Assembly (NCBI RefSeq): GCF_006345805.1
Contig: NC_042998.1
Coordinates: forward strand, 143,282,001-143,346,000
Reading direction: 5' to 3'
Length of the DNA: 64,000 nt
Source of the DNA: Octopus sinensis
Taxonomy: Eukaryota
Within the stretch, counting starts at the first letter, position 1, and each line of letters opens with the position of its first letter. Shown one piece after another: positions 63,370 through 64,000 of this stretch. The notes under the pieces are model-generated. The model did no database searches. It was not told the DNA's origin and was given only the letters and a program-made list of their open reading frames with translations. Both the position numbers and the translations under genes were made by a program.

Positions 63370-63587
63370 ATATATATATATATATATTCTGTGTGTGCTT
63401 ATGTAAATAAATCATATATGTAAGCAGACATGTATATCTTTCATATATGTTTGTATATCCATGTATGTATGTATGTATGTATGTATGTATGTAGGTATGT
63501 ATGTATGTATGTATGTATGTATCTATCTATGTGTCTGTCTGCCTGTCCTGTCTGTCTGTCTGTCTTTCTATCTATCTATCTATCTAT

Positions 63588-63634
<47 letters not shown>

Positions 63635-63635
63635 A

Positions 63636-63667
<32 letters not shown>

Positions 63668-63738
63668 CGTAATATATATATGCATGTATGTATGTTTATA
63701 TATATATATGCACATATATAATGTATATATATAATATA

Positions 63739-63785
<47 letters not shown>

Positions 63786-64000
63786 ATATATATATATGCA
63801 GTATGTATGTATATCTTTTCGGTGTTGGTATGATTGTATTTACGCCTATATGTAATTTTTTTTTGCGTGCGCGCGCGTGTGTGTGTTATGTGTATGTTTG
63901 TTTGTGTCTGTGTGTCTGTGTGTGTAGCGGAGCAAAATTTTCGTTTTGATTAATCACATATTAAACTTGTTTCTCAGTCTTTGTGTCTTCGCAGAAACTA

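Overview
64 kb of AT-rich, microsatellite-saturated eukaryotic DNA. The SINE families and repeat landscape suggest a cephalopod, probably Octopus; this is inference from recalled repeat sequences, not a search. I found no host gene, RNA gene or CRISPR array that I can support. Nearly all short ORFs in the track come from simple repeats. Recognisable content: three tRNA-like SINE families (about 30 copies or fragments); an RTE/BovB-like LINE derivative with a 16-bp TSD and a 509-codon RT ORF but no endonuclease; several restriction-like-endonuclease (RLE) LINE fragments, including R4/Dong-like ones sitting in (TAA)n; Tc1/mariner remnants (DD34D-type nested pair, two DD37D-type, one DD36E); hAT MITEs; a Helitron helicase remnant; and Penelope-like element (PLE) remnants. 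The most interesting signal is a set of short PLE-type elements next to (TA)n tracts, often forming inverted repeats. Several carry hand-foldable minimal type I hammerhead ribozymes with non-canonical cores (19007-19057, 21258-21295 and 19780-19818, 13619-13654, 54015-54052, diverged 39483-39516). All folds were done by eye and are untested. Boundaries are approximate unless a TSD or TIR is quoted.
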